From positions 231,880,001 through 231,944,000 of the forward strand of contig OZ024740.1 of assembly GCA_964016885.1 (NCBI GenBank): a stretch of 64,000 nucleotides of DNA, written 5' to 3'. This DNA comes from Eledone cirrhosa. Taxonomy: Eukaryota. Made by a program: the position numbers and the translations under genes. This document shows, one piece after another, positions 41,766-57,761 of this stretch; the first letter of the stretch is position 1; the number at the start of each line of letters is the position of its first letter. The notes below the pieces were generated by a model. It was not told where the DNA came from. It saw nothing but the letters and a program-made list of their open reading frames with translations, and did no database searches.

Positions 41766-42426
41766 GAGAGAGAGAGAGAGAGAGAGTTGTATTGTAGTTA
41801 TTTTTATTATCCAGGCCATCAGGTGATGATGTTGGAAATTATAGGGGAGGTGAGTGTGGCCACAGGAGATTTGTGAATCGCTTTTCCTTGTGTCGTTAAT
41901 GGATGAGATAGCTGAAATGGTGCAGTGAAGAAGGTATGGGGTTAGATATGGGTTACTGGTTGAAGTGTAACGCTGAGCAAGAAAGTAATTATAGTTCGTT
42001 TTGTAGAGGTGACCGCTATATCGCTTTTTGCTTCCTGAATATATGTGTAAAGGGTGAAAATTGGAGAATGAAGGAAAGAACAAAGTGCAAATGAAAGGAA
42101 AGAACAAAGTGCAAATGAATAAGAGAGTGATATTGATCATGTAGAAATGTGGTCATAGTTGAAGGAGATTGCAGAATAGTGCTTGATATTGAGTGAATCG
42201 ACAAGATATAACAGTTGGTATGGTTTAAACCCACGCTCCCATATATACACAGAAACACACACGTATAAACACTATGAACGCATTCGTGTAGAGGAGAAAA
42301 CATACAATGAGCTATATCTATCTACATAATCCACATACACGTACACACAAACCTCCACACACACTTACACACACAAGCATATATACATATATATGTGTGT
42401 GTGTGTGTTTATATATAAATATATAA

Positions 42427-42676
42427 AGATGAGGGTTTTTTTTAAATCACACGGTGAAAGTATAGGAAAAGAAATCGAAAATGCAGCTGGAGTCTTTTTA
42501 AGAATATTCATTTATTTCCTTTACCGTTTCACAGATCTTATGCTTTTCAAAAACCACAAACCCTCCATCTCAATTCTTACTTTTGAAAAGCATAACTGCG
42601 AAACCGGAACCGGTAAAGAAAATTAAAAAAATAATCTTAAAAAGGCTCCAGTTGCATTTTTCGTTTTCTTTTCCTG
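42427..42676. mobile_element. Diverged fold-back of the CAGAT/U3-A8 HHR family
   Basis: ACCCTCCATCTCAA...CTTTTGAAAAGCAT-ACTGCGAAACCGG with an inverted partner arm upstream. Confidence 0.7.
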
Positions 42677-42743
42677 ATATATATATGTACATACATACAT
42701 ACATACATACATACATACATACATACATACATACATACATACA

Positions 42744-43155
42744 TGGTGGCTGCCAACTCGTTTTCGAGTACGGCCACTACTTCATATCCATGTAGGAGAA
42801 CCCCTACCGATGCGCTGAACGAGTGTGACTTTTCAGTCCGGCCAGCGACTTGAAAACTTTGGTACAAACACTACACTTGTGACAATTATTGACACATAGT
42901 GCTGGGCCCATGGTACCATGTGACGACAAGTGCAGAGAGATCTCCAGATATAAAGCAATGCCTGTGCCGTGAAGCTTTTATAGTGAGCAAAGGCACTGCA
43001 CAAAGCCATTCCCACTCTCTTAACCAGATGATATTTACCAAAAAGAAGAACAAGTCAACATCATTGGATATCATCAGGGTTGCAGGTGTTATATCAGAGT
43101 TTTCCTTCTCCTAGAATTCTGCCTTGACAAAGGCTAAGGGGTCATCTCTCCCGGA
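42744..43155 (+). mobile_element. 3'-truncated copy of the 7008 family inside (ACAT)n
   Basis: Near-identical to 7008-7352 plus an extra ~65-bp internal segment. Confidence 0.85.
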
Positions 43156-43744
43156 CATACATACATACATACATACATACATACATACATACATACATAC
43201 ATACATACATACATACAGACAGACACACACATGTATATATGTATATACACACACACATATATATATACATATATATATATTTATATATATACATATATAT
43301 ATGCATATATATGTGTATATATATATATATGTGTGTGTGTTGGGGGGGGGGGGGGGGGGGGCATACGTTGTTTCTAATACTCAGTCTGCTCAATGGAGGG
43401 ATAAAATATACAGATCAGTTATATGACTCAGGGAACTAATTTAACATTAGATATTTGCTAAAATCATAATTTGGTGGGATATACGGCAAACCGACTAAAA
43501 TAATAACATATGGTTTCAAGAATAGAGAAGCGATATTAATTATTTCAAAACAATGGAACAAGTAATATTGGAAAAACCATTCTATGATCAGGGAGAAATA
43601 ATTTGGAAGAACTATTCTGTCATCAGGAGGGAATTCTTTTTTCCGAAAATGCATAGTGCCCGATACGTGGCGTTATTAAATGACCACATCTCACTGTATA
43701 TGTATTAGGACAAGACGACTTAGAGAGTATGTTCTTTTCATAAG

Positions 43745-44158
43745 TACGGCTTCCTAAATTTTTACTCTGTAAATATACCGTGTTTCTTTGGAAATACGAA
43801 ATTTCTATACATATCTGTATACAGCTATGCTTGAAGCTAAATCCTATTTCTATTCTATCATAAGTTGAGGTAACTTATGCAGCTTCATATGCAAATGAGA
43901 TTAATCACCTTCTTTACACAGACGAGAAAACTATATATTCTCGACTGTTTTCAAGTCCAGCAGTGCAAGAGTGGAAGGGATCGTCCTGATGAGGACCAGT
44001 TAAGTCTGAAATGCATCCATGATTGTCCCCCTTGCTTCTGCTGGACACCACAAGAGGGCGTTAGGCGTGGTGTTTTTTTTTTTTGCATAGCTACGGCTTC
44101 CTAAACGTTTACCCTGTAAACTTACCGTGATTCTTTAGAAATACGAAATTTCTATACA
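43745..44158 (+). mobile_element. Non-LTR retrozyme-like element, about 1.2 units of a ~347-nt monomer
   Basis: TACGGCTTCCTAAA at 43745 and 44092; HHR at 43980-44023. Confidence 0.75.
43955..44046 (+). ncRNA. Type I HHR with extended stem I
   Basis: ATCGTC-CTGATGA-GGAC(CAGTTAA)GTCT-GAAA-TGCA-TC; outer GTCCAGCAG-TGCAAG pairs with CTTGC-TT-CTGCTGGAC. Confidence 0.8.
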
Positions 44159-44181
44159 CAGACACATATATATATATATCA

Positions 44182-44286
<105 letters not shown>

Positions 44287-44582
44287 CGCCGTATTCATTC
44301 GTGTAGACGTCGAATTTTCAGACCATATATGAAGTTTAAATTTATGGTGTCGACTTTTATATGGACTACTTTTGACGGGCAAGAATCCAACATGATCAGA
44401 TATTGAACTCTCATGCTGTTTGAACAGTCATTATAACTGTGAGAAATCGTTAACCACTGCACATCTAATCGAATTCTGCATGAACGCAGAAAGGAACATA
44501 AATTTCGTTATGACGGGAAAGAAAAGCAATCACAAGAAAAAATCTAGATCAATGTTGACAATATAAAACGAACCATTATAAT

Positions 44583-44770
44583 ATAACTGTTTCTACTTTG
44601 GGCACAAGGCCAGCAATTACCCAGTACATTACTGGTACTTTATTATATCGACCCCGTAAGGATGAAAGGCAAAGTTAACCTCGGCGGGATTTGAACTCAG
44701 ACCGTAAAGGGACGTAACTATGCTGGAAAGCATGGCGTCCGACTCTCTACCAATACTGCCAATCCACCGA
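44583..44770 (-). mobile_element. Deu/Nin SINE with TSD ATTATAATATAAC
   Basis: Reverse-complement A/B boxes; duplicated flank at ~44575 and ~44774. Confidence 0.85.
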
Positions 44771-45532
44771 AATATTATAATATAACGTTAATTGATTTGG
44801 GCCTAGCTGTTATCCATAGGAGTGTTTATATCTACAAACTGTAGGCTTACTATGCGTTACTTTATGACAATTTAAATCAATATAATTAAGTACCCATATA
44901 GATATATGTTAGTCATAAGGAAATAGATTTATATGAGTCGAGTTTATATAAGAGATGGTGGTGTGATATATTGACCCAGTGATAGGATAATATGATATAT
45001 AAGGAATTTCAACTTGGGATTAGATACGTTCGTACCTGTGACTGCTTACATCTGCGAACGGCCATCGGACGAATCATAATTATAAGGCTTCCATACATTT
45101 ATAGTATGTTACAATCATTTTTAAGTTCACATTCTGAGACACGTTAATCATAGTGAAAGAAAGCATATAGGTTAGTTGGTATAAGAAGTGTTGTTGCAAT
45201 ATAACTTGTATCATATTAATTATACCACTTTTCGTTAATTAACGTGTGTGTGAATTGTCCATCAAAACACATACGGATAATAATAGGCTAAAACGGAAAG
45301 AAAAACCATTCCTACTTCGTAGCCTTTGTCCATGGAACACTTCACACACACATATAATATACTTTAACTTTAATTATATCTCATAAAATAATACAACTGG
45401 TTTTTCCACATTATACATATTGTTAGCACCCCAAACACTTAAATTGGGCTTATATTTTAATATAACCTAATGTTTGTTGAGTGAGATGGTTACCAGTCAG
45501 AGTTTAGCTTTAAACTATCTCTGTTATTGTAT

Positions 45533-45590
<58 letters not shown>

Positions 45591-46116
45591 TTTATTAAAG
45601 TTTAAGCAAAGAATTATCATTACTATATATATACACAGAGATATCCACGGTAAGTTGTGAGGTCTAGTCTGCATGAAGAACTCAATGTAATCCATATGTT
45701 GAAAATGTTGTAGGTTAAAATAAATCCCGGAAAACAATAAAACATTAAAAGGAAAACAGAGTCATGATATAAGTTAAAACAATGAAATAAAAAATCAAGT
45801 CATTAGAAATATAGTTCACTGCTTTCTAGGTGATGATAATACATGCGATCGTTTCTAGGTGATGATAATACATCGTAAATATACTTCGTTATCGATCTAT
45901 GTAAGGTTAGTTACAAAATATCAGATAAGGAGAATATTTACTTACATGCATATCACCAGCAATAATAATTTTATTCAAAATTAGTAGTAAATGACCTCAA
46001 CTAAAGTGAATTAGTTTTCATCTTAACATCATATGGAAAAAAACAATCTGATTGGTTAGTTCTTTAGCTACCTCCAAATAAGTAAAAGAACTAAACATAA
46101 TACTAATTTACTACTA

Positions 46117-46174
<58 letters not shown>

Positions 46175-46178
<4 letters not shown>

Positions 46179-46325
46179 AAAAAAAAGATGAAATCGAAAA
46201 TGCAACTGGAGTCTTATTTTTAAAAAATATATATATATTTATTTGGTTCCTTTACCGGTTTCGCAGTTCTTCTGCTTTTCAAAAGTAGAGTTGAGATGGA
46301 GGGTCTGTGGTTTTTCTCACATCTG
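46175..46325 (-). mobile_element. Single antisense arm of the CAGAT/U3-A8 HHR element (HHR at 46250-46285)
   Basis: Near-identical to 19520-19669; reverse complement reads CTT-TTGAAAA-GCAG(AAGAA)CTGC-GAAA-CCGG-TA-AAG. Confidence 0.9.
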
Positions 46326-47300
<975 letters not shown>

Positions 47301-47387
47301 GGAGTGAGTCTGCGGTGTTGAGCCCCGGGAAACCACTAATTATGGGAGTACTCAATGCGTGGGGAAATGCAGGTCAGGAATTTACTC

Positions 47388-47419
<32 letters not shown>

Positions 47420-48073
47420 ATATATATATATCTCTATCTATCTATCTATATATGTATGTATATATATGTCTGTCTGTCTGTCTGTCTGTGTATTACCGTA
47501 TGTATTCGTGTAAAATTCGACCCAAAGTTTTGCACAAAATATCTAGAATGTTCCATATATTTCACAAATAAATCAACATTTATGAGACAAGAAATTATCA
47601 CATACATACATGGTACGATGTGGAAATGAGTTTTTCGATAATATAAGTATCTGGTTTGAACACTAAGTATTGGTGTTGATAACATTGACTAAATCTCTTG
47701 AAGGCGGGTCTCAGTATTGCTGCTGTCATGTCACTGAAACTATTAAAAGAAATAAGAATTATTCCAAGAGGAGGAAATGGAGAGAACACCCGAAACTTTA
47801 TTCAGCCACAAATTAAATGGAGAAATATAGGGTTGCATATGTTCAATTAATTAATCCTAATGACTTGTCTTCTTATTGGGGTTATAATGTCAATTGATTA
47901 AGGAATATTTTTGGCTCAGAACCAACTTAAAGCATGTGCTTAATAAAATGGCTATGCAGTGAGATCCCTTAGGAAATTTGTCAACGTCCTATATGTACAT
48001 ACGTTTTATATGTGTATCTTTGTATATATGTATATATATATGTATGTGTGTAGAGAGAGAGAGCAAGAAAGAA

Positions 48074-48127
<54 letters not shown>

Positions 48128-48204
48128 GATGAGGGGAAAGAAAAGGAAAGGAAATGTGTAAAATTAGATACAATTAAGTTAATCTATATGTATACATCAC
48201 ATTA

Positions 48205-48394
48205 TGGGTGAATTGGCAGTGTCGATAGAGGGACGGACGCCATGCTTTGAAGCATAGAGTTACGGCCCTTGCCATTCTGAGTTCAAATCCCTTCGAGGTT
48301 AACTTTGCCTTTCATCCTTACGAGGTCGATAAAATAAAGTACCAGTAATGTACTGGTGATTGCTGGCCTTGTGCCAAAAACGTAGAAACAATTA
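48205..48394 (+). mobile_element. Deu/Nin SINE
   Basis: A-box, B-box and domain. Confidence 0.85.
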
Positions 48395-48548
48395 TGTGCG
48401 TGTGTGTGAGAGAATTCCATATCACTTGCATATCAATAGCATGTTCTCAAACAAATTAAATCATTGTATGTAGTCGTGGTGTGAAATCTAAATATATGTA
48501 TACACACACATACACACATACAGCCGTGCACATAGACATGCGCGCGCT

Positions 48549-48617
<69 letters not shown>

Positions 48618-48654
48618 GTATCCAAAGCCTGTCTTAAGCCAGAAGAGTCATTTG

Positions 48655-48890
48655 GGTGGTGCTTATCCCGGTTTCATGGCGTGAAGCGACTGAGAGTACA
48701 AGATTCTCCTTGGACGTCTGTCCATCGCAGGGTTAAACTTCCAACTATTGCTGGTACTCATTTTCGGCTGAGTATACTGGAGTAACGTGAAATGAAGTGT
48801 TCTGCTCAAGAACACAACACGCAACCCAGGAATCGAAGCCACGACATTATGATCGTAATTCCAACACTCGTACCACTAGACCACGTGCCA
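48655..48890 (-). mobile_element. Second tRNA-derived SINE family (CORE-like)
   Basis: Reverse complement GGCACGTGGTCTAGTGG (A-box)...GGCTTCGATTCC (B-box)...TGTGTTCTTGAGCAGAACACTT. Confidence 0.7.
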
Positions 48891-48900
48891 CTACCGTGTA

Positions 48901-49026
<126 letters not shown>

Positions 49027-49350
49027 CGTAAAATAAGAAAATATTTTTTTAAAAAAATTTTTTAAAATTTTTTTACTTACTTAAATTTTCACTCCAACTA
49101 ATTAGTTTCTGCAATGGGATAAAGACAGTTACGTAATCCAACTATATATATATATATATATATATATAAATTAATGAATAAAGTAATGAATAAACAAAGA
49201 AACAGTTCATTATATTAAAAAAATTCATCATTTTACGATCGTTTCTAGGATATATATGTGTTAGTGTTGGTATGCATATTCTATAGATCTATGTAAAATA
49301 TTTATACAAACTATCAGAGGGAATATACATACCTACACATATATATGCTG

Positions 49351-49482
49351 TCTTCAGAAATAATTGTTTCTACTTTTAGGCACAAGGCCAGCAATTACCC
49401 AGTGCATTACTGGTACTTTATTTTATCGACCCCGTAAGGATGAAAGGCAAAGTCAACCTCGGCGGGATTCTTCAGAAATAAT
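49351..49482 (-). mobile_element. 5'-truncated Deu/Nin SINE with 14-bp TSD
   Basis: TCTTCAGAAATAAT at 49351 and 49469. Confidence 0.8.
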
Positions 49483-49809
49483 GATATTTGTTTATTGAAA
49501 AAAACAAAGATTTAATACAATAGGTCTGTTTGGGAACAGGTTTTGAATTGACCAATAGAAAGATAGTGAAGGTCAAGATAGTAATCTAGTAGTAAAAGAA
49601 CCTTAATTTATGGGTAGAGGAAGGTAGATTTCAGTTTTGGATGGAAAAGAATATTATGAATGAAAGATTATTTTAGGGATGAAAATAGGTCGTATGCTGA
49701 CCTCAGAAATAATTATATTTGTTCATTGAATAAAACCAACAAAGATTTGATATAGTCTGTCTGTTTGGTAACCGGTTTAGAATTAACCAATCTCTCTCTA
49801 TATATATAT

Positions 49810-50052
49810 ATAAATTAGGGAGACATGATATGAAGCTTAAAATACACTTGCGAGCAGTGAAGTGTTAAATCAACATATATGATATGATATATGTTGATTT
49901 AACACTTCACTGCTCGCAAGTGTTTTTTAAGCTTCATATCATGTCTCCCTAATTTATCTGATGAGAACGTAAATATCATCCCATGATGATATTTGTTTTT
50001 GTAATGCGCATAATAAAATACATGGAACTCTTTTAACCATCTTTTGATTTTA
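49810..50052. mobile_element. Fold-back (71-bp arms 49810-49880 and 49887-49957) followed by an HHR-like tail
   Basis: TTAT-CTGATGA-GAAC...AAATATCAT(CCC)ATGATGATATTT...GTAA-TGCGCA-TA-ATAA at 49954-50016. Confidence 0.8.
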
Positions 50053-50089
50053 TATTATATATATATATATATAATATAAAATATATATA

Positions 50090-50265
50090 CAATGATATTA
50101 AATAAATGGAAACTATATTTATAAAACCATATTTATACTATTATATATATTTCAAGGGTACCAACAATTTTGGTACGCTTTCATCAGATAAAATACAAAG
50201 TGTGTTTTATAAATGTTGACATAGCCAAGGAACATACCTTAACGGTTGAAATGTTCCTTGGATAG
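50090..50265 (-). mobile_element. Second copy of the 15829 family with HHR (50139-50191) and an 11-bp incipient fold-back
   Basis: Reverse complement CTGATGA-AAGcGTACCAA(AATTG)TTGGTACcCTT-GAAA-TATATA-TA; CCAAGGAACAT/ATGTTCCTTGG. Confidence 0.8.
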
Positions 50266-50380
50266 TTTATATTTATAATTTATATTTGTTGAATTACCAA
50301 CAAATTGAATATCCCTTCTAATATATATATATTAATGAAAAAGAACAAAGGAACTATTATGACATTACAACAAGTTTATT

Positions 50381-50425
50381 GCCGACAGCCGTTTCGTCCG
50401 ACCATATGGTGGGACTTTTCAAGGT
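50381..50425 (-). ncRNA. Type I HHR, U3-A8 variant
   Basis: Reverse complement ACC-TTGAAAA-GTCC(CACCATATGGTC)GGAC-GAAA-CGGCTG-TC-GGC. Confidence 0.7.
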
Positions 50426-51149
50426 ATATTACATGTGATTGTAAGTTCATTATTTACATCAACGTTTCACTCAAGATTAGCAGTTTCAAATTGTGGTATA
50501 CATCAGCAGCTCCGCTTGTATATCTGGGGTCTATATTCTAAGGGGGCGCTTTTATATTAGTTGTCGGAGTTGTAAAAGGGATGGGTTATGGGGGAGTTAA
50601 GAGAATTTGAAGAGGGCCTAAGAGTCAGGGATTGAAGGTTAAAAATTAGATAATTTATAATTTACGCATTAAAAGTAAAGGACTTGGGACCTCGTAGAAG
50701 CACCTTAAAAAATCCCTCAATAAGTGCATAAAGCTTATAAGCCCCAATAAACCTAACAAACCAGAAGAGATTAAGACTAAAAAAATAAAAAAAAATATAA
50801 AAAATAAAAATAAAATAAAATAAAAATAAAAAAAAAAATAAAAAAAATAAAAAATAAAAATATAAAGTTTCCTAAAAAAATATAAAGTTTCCTAAAAAAT
50901 TCCTTCGAGGGAAAAAAAATTTTTTCGAAAGAAAAAAACTTTCTTCCCCAGAGATCACATTAAAAAATTTCAGAAAATTTACGAAGTTTTGATAATCCCT
51001 ACTAAGTTGAAAGAAACTAATCAATTAAAGGTTAATTCAAAAAGCCTTCAAAAAATCCCCCAGAAAAGGCCCTTTAATATTTTTAATAAGAACCTCTCCC
51101 GCGAGAGACCCTTTGGATAGCGTAGACGCCACGCTATGTATGTTTCATT

Positions 51150-51330
51150 AATTGGCAGTATCGGTAGAGGGTTGGACGCCATGCTTTCTAGCATAGTTAC
51201 GTCCTTTTACAGTCTGAGTTCAAATCCCACCGAGGTTAACTTTGCCTTTCATCCTTACGGGGTCGATAAAATAAAGTACCAGTAATGTACTGGCTAATTG
51301 CCGGCCTTGTGCCTAAAGTAGAAACAATTA
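51150..51330 (+). mobile_element. Deu/Nin SINE
   Basis: A-box, B-box and domain. Confidence 0.85.
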
Positions 51331-52626
51331 TTTTTATTTGACGAATTTACAAATCTTTCAAATTAAAATGCGCTGTTAGAAAATGCGATACTTAGAATAC
51401 AAATTAGAATACAAAATTAGGTCACAGAAAGTTTTAACTGTGATCTATTTTATTTATTCATCGATGTTTCACATATTATTGGTAATTTAAAAACAAAAAT
51501 AGAGTGAAGTGTGAGCACTATTTTTCTCCGTCATAAAACTGATAATAATTGAAGCTTTATCTATTCATTTTCAATGTCTACAAACTCGTAAGGCTCGATA
51601 TTTATGGCCAATGTCCCTCATCGAAAGTCATCAATGCACTCGGAATTAAAGGAATTATCTTCTTCTTATAGAAGGCCATCCTCTGTGTTCTCAAGGTTAT
51701 TGCTAATGCCACATTTTTGAATGATTTTAAAACTGTCTCCATTTTAATCTCATCTTAAGCATTTTTGACCCTTTGATAAACCTAATGTATTGTAGGCCAC
51801 TTGTTGTAACCTCATGGTGTTACCTCATATTATTAGAGTGTCACCCATTCTTTCCATTCTTCGCGTATGTAACCCTTGACAGGCTTGTCTATTACTGCAT
51901 CAAGGGGCTGTAGTTGACATGTTAATCCTTCAGTTGTTATAGCCATTCTGGCTTTTAAGCTGTTTATTCTACGCTTAGTGGGGTTTTGTTATGTGAGCCC
52001 TGAACTGATCACTTCCGTGAAAAGACAACTCAAGAACGTCCTCTTTCATCAAGCCCATGGCTGGCACATGGATACAAATACCTGGTGTAATGAATTCATT
52101 GGGAAATGATTTTCTGTTAAATATTAATATAATTAGTAAATTGGTGAAATTTGACAAGATTCAAGCAGAATTTTCTTTGGATCCACTACAGTTTCTATAC
52201 CTACTTCAGGACCACCTCTCCTCGCAGGGTGCAAAATTTGAATTTCAACGTATTTAAAGAAAAATATTCGCAATCATATTGAAATATGATAAATTAAAGT
52301 AAATCGAAATTTGAGAGGTTGGGGGGAAAAGATAAACATTAAAAATTTTGTTGTGAATTTCTCTAATTTTTATTATGCACAAAATCTGAGATATCTATTG
52401 ATATGCGAAGAGATATCTATTGATATGCGAAAACCTTTCAGGATTTTGTGTCTTCAGTGTCATGTGTAAAAAGACATATGTGAATAAAAGAAGTGCGCTT
52501 CATGGAATTTAGCGTTGATAATATTTTAAAGTTCTATTAAATAGATTATCATATTCCAGGGTATGACAAATCCATTATGTCGAAAATAATTATTTAATCA
52601 GTTGGTAGTTGGACATTACTAAATAA

Positions 52627-53236
52627 ATAATTGTTTCTACTTTTGGCACAAGGCCAGCAATTACTGCACTGCATTACTGGTGCTTTATTTTATCGACCCC
52701 AAAAGGCAGTTAACCTCGGCCTGATTTGAACTCAGAGTGTAAAGAGCAATAACTCTAAGCTGCAAAGCGTGGTGTCTGACGTTCTACCGATACTGCCAAT
52801 CCACCGCCTATTACTAAATAAATAATTGTTTCTACTTTTGGCACAAGGCCAGCAATTACCCAGTGCATTACTGGTACTAATTTTTCAACCCCGTAAGGAT
52901 GAAAGGCAAAGTTAACCTTGGCGGGATTTGAACCGAGAATAGAAAGGGCTATAACTCTATGCGTCAAAGCATGGCGTCCAACCCTCTACTGATACTGCCA
53001 ATCTACTAAATAAATAATGGTTTCTTATGTAGGCACAAGGCCAGCAATTTTGGGGGGAGGGAAAAGTCGATGAAATCGACCCCATTGCGTGACTGGTACT
53101 TTATTTTAACGACCCCCGTAAGGATGAAAGGCAAAGTTAACCTCGGCGGGATTTGAACTCAGATCATAAAGGGCCGTAACTCTATGCGACAAAGCATGGT
53201 GTCCGACCCTCTACCGATACTGCCAATCTACCGCCC
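52627..53236 (-). mobile_element. Tandem array of 3 Deu/Nin SINEs
   Basis: Three units separated by TACTAAATAAATAA. Confidence 0.9.
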
Positions 53237-53615
53237 TGCATAAATAATGATGGAAGTTCAGTAAGACATTGCATAGATTGTAATAGGTTGTAATATCATC
53301 TAAAGACCTTGTGATATTAATGTAGAGAGAGGCAAATTCTACAATGAACGAAATAGTCTTTAATTGTTACCATTATGCTTAGAGCACCAGATATATTTAG
53401 ATAGTGAACAAATAAGAGATTTTTCTGAAAGTCTGAATGAGTATATATGTTGTGGGAATCTTCCTATATAGGTATTTACACTAAACCCTATGTACGTCAA
53501 TTTGATTAAAACCTGCATTAGCTCAATAAACCAATGATTTTAAGATACGTTGTTAAGGGTAAGCATTTAATTCCTTCCAATTACAAAATATGGAGAAACG
53601 TTTTATACGACCGAA

Positions 53616-54495
<880 letters not shown>

Positions 54496-54661
54496 TATTA
54501 TATATGTATATGGCCATTTGCAGCCGATGTTTTCCCTTTTGAAACAGCGCAGTTTGACATACTCAGACAATACTGGCAACTCTGTAATATATTCGCAGAG
54601 GGAAATAGAGAAAACAAAATTTTCTTTCGTTTCATTCAGTTACAAAAAAAGTATTTTTCTT

Positions 54662-54783
54662 TAGCAGCTATCAGTAGAGGGTCGGACGCCATGTTTTGTA
54701 TCATAGAGTTACTGCCCTTTACAGTATGGGTTCAAATCCTACCGCTGTTAACTTTGCCTTTCATCCTTACTGGGTCGATAAAA
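54662..54783 (+). mobile_element. Deu/Nin SINE, 3' truncated
   Basis: GGTTCAAATCC B-box and start of the domain. Confidence 0.7.
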
Positions 54784-54881
54784 GCATATATGTATGCATG
54801 TATTTATATATATATATATAAGGACATCTGTTTTTTTTTTTTCATTTTGGAAAAAAAACTCATTTTCTAATGTATATGTAT

Positions 54882-55355
54882 AAAATCCTCCAAACACACA
54901 ATATCATAAAGAGCAAAAGACAACCTAAATCCATAAAAAGCATCCTCACACAAGCCAAAATCTAACCAACCCTCACAATGAGCCCTATAGTAATAAAAAT
55001 GCGGAAGGCCCAACTGTGGTATATGCATAAATCTAACAGAAGGTTCAACATTCTACCTTAAACAAGGACAACATTTCACAGTTAAATACAACTTTACATG
55101 TTTTGACCTGCTAAGGTTGTCGAAAGCAATACATAAGGCAGACAACGAATGAACGCCCATAGATCACAAATCAAAATACAGGAATACAGAAAGATTGCTT
55201 TTATATAACATATCGCCAATTGTGCACCTAACAAACAACCAAACTTTAGAATTTTCCCCATTTATAAATTCATAGACAACGCTTCCTTCATCCATCGTAC
55301 CAATAAGGAAACGTACTTCATTAACAAATTCCAACCTCTACTTAATGGACTAAAC
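54882..55355 (+). mobile_element. Penelope-like element GIY-YIG endonuclease remnant (Neptune-like Cys linker), decayed
   Basis: IIKSKRQPKSIKSILTQAK, KCGRPNCGICINL, YNFTC, QYIRQT, MNAHRSQI, HIANC, RTNKETYFINKFQPLLN across frameshifts. Confidence 0.75.
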
Positions 55356-55878
55356 TTCGGACTAAACTAAAACTGGAACGAACAATGAACTATAGTCCAA
55401 AATTGCGACATTCTCTAAAGATTTACCTCCCGTACACCCTACTTAATCCTTTTTCTTATATAAATGAATTACCCCCTCACCTCTCTTTCTCCTATCCGAC
55501 CACCTGCATATTAATTCTCTAAAAAGGGAAAACACATCCATTCCCAGGCAGATTTTTGCCACCATCATGGATCAACTCCTCCAAGCACTCCTCCAATAAT
55601 AACACTTTTTGAACTGCTTATCCTCAAGAACCATGTCTGTAAATAATATTATTCTTTCTTTCCCATTACCTTATTATGTTCGACATCACCTCTTTTTTTA
55701 ATTCAAAAAACCTTGTTTGTAAATAATATTATTATTTCTTTCCCATTTCAATAACATGTTCAACATCACCTTATCTTCTCTCCTACATTTTATACCAATA
55801 CAAATTCCCCCCTTTTTTTCTCTCCCACTCAAATAATTTGATAATGCATAAAATGCTGAAACCGGTAATTGATAATTA

Positions 55879-55934
<56 letters not shown>

Positions 55935-56096
55935 ATGGTATTGTTAATTAATAAATAAATCAACAAATACCTTAACACTTCACACAAAGTTAAATATTTT
56001 GTTTTAAACAATTTCTAACCCAGAAAAAAGAGAAAAAAATAAAGGAAAAAAAGATATTTTTCTTCCTAATAATTTCTCTCTCCCTATTTATATATA

Positions 56097-56371
56097 TATA
56101 AATTAGAAAATAGAATAGCTTTCACCGTATCTTTGACTAAATAAATTTTAATCTGATAATGGGGTTTAGAACCCTCAGATAAATGGAAAAAGATGAGTAT
56201 TGACGTACATGGGATGTACGTCAATACTCATCTTTTTCCATTTATCTGAGGTTTCTAAACCCCATTATCAGACTAAAATTTCTTTAGTCAAAGATACGGT
56301 GAAAGCTATTCTATTTTCTAATTTATATTTTCTAATTTCAAACCTGCTCACTGTTTCAAAACATACTTACT

Positions 56372-56375
<4 letters not shown>
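56097..56375. mobile_element. Fold-back in (TA)n (114-bp arms, loop GGG at 56211-56213, tail to 56375)
   Basis: Direct reverse-complement match with few mismatches. Confidence 0.9.
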
Positions 56376-56421
<46 letters not shown>

Positions 56422-57224
56422 GTTAACAAGTTATCGTTATAGGTAATCCAGTTAGAGGTTGTGAGTACTCTGTATTGGGGTAGTTTTAACGTACGGCGTT
56501 GTTTGACTCAACAAGAGGTTTCCATAGTTAGGTAGCGAGCTCGTGAGAATTCCTATGCAGGTTATTTTTGGAGTAATAATAGTGAAAGATTGAAGAATAA
56601 CATTGTCGACTGTACAACCAGGGGCTTTATTTCAAGTATTAACAATTGTTTCATTGATCAGGTGCTAATCACTCGAAGCCTCTAATCACTCGAAGTTGCT
56701 TCACTCGACCTTAAATACAGTGTTTACCTCTGATCAAATCATCGGAATACTGGAGGTTTTACATATGGCATTGGTATATATAGATACAACGGAGAATCAA
56801 AACAGTAACATCAATAATAAAAGATAATAATAAAGAAGTAAAGAAGTTAGAATAAAGATGATACAGATGAAAAATAAGTAAAACAATAATAAGTACAGAA
56901 TATGATTGCTGATAATAGTGGTGGTGGTGGTGTTGGTGGTGATTAAAGTTACAGTTGTGAGTAAGTGTATGTTTAAAGACGTGGTGAGGGTAGAGATAAT
57001 ACTAACACGAAAAGCAACATTAAATACATACATACATACGTGGTGGTCAAATCTCAGAGGGTTAGAGTAGAAAATAAAAAAATAGTAACAAATGACAGAT
57101 AAAAGATAAAAAATAATAAATTAAAAATTAAGTGAGATACAAGGATGAGACATAAGGGGTAAGGCTAAGGACGGGGAAGGAGCAGATATGTAGATAGAGA
57201 ATAAAATTGAGAGCGATAGTTTTG

Positions 57225-57266
<42 letters not shown>

Positions 57267-57416
57267 TAAATGTCTAGCATGCTGATTGTCTTATCTTAAT
57301 GGGGGTGATGTGGCTTTAGGGAGAGAGAGTGAAAGAAAGGTTAGGAGATTTATGATGTTGATCTAGTGACCAGTTGGTTAGTTGACAGCTAATAACACTG
57401 GGGTGGTATGTAGTCA

Positions 57417-57548
<132 letters not shown>

Positions 57549-57686
57549 ATTCTCACATGCATTCAAACTCAAATGTTAGTTTGTCTCATCTCCGCAATCC
57601 ATGGTGTAACATTTTCCAAAGGATGACAGCATATAACATTTTATCGACGGCCAAATTCTTAATATAAGCGCGAACAGATGCACAAA

Positions 57687-57757
<71 letters not shown>

Positions 57758-57761
57758 GCGC

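Noticed and set aside
51940-52257. Short non-repetitive ORFs as host exons
   Set aside because: No recognisable domain or convincing splice context
56430-56780. Possible minus-strand GIY-YIG C-terminal remnant
   Set aside because: Only faint similarity across multiple stops; needs an HMM search
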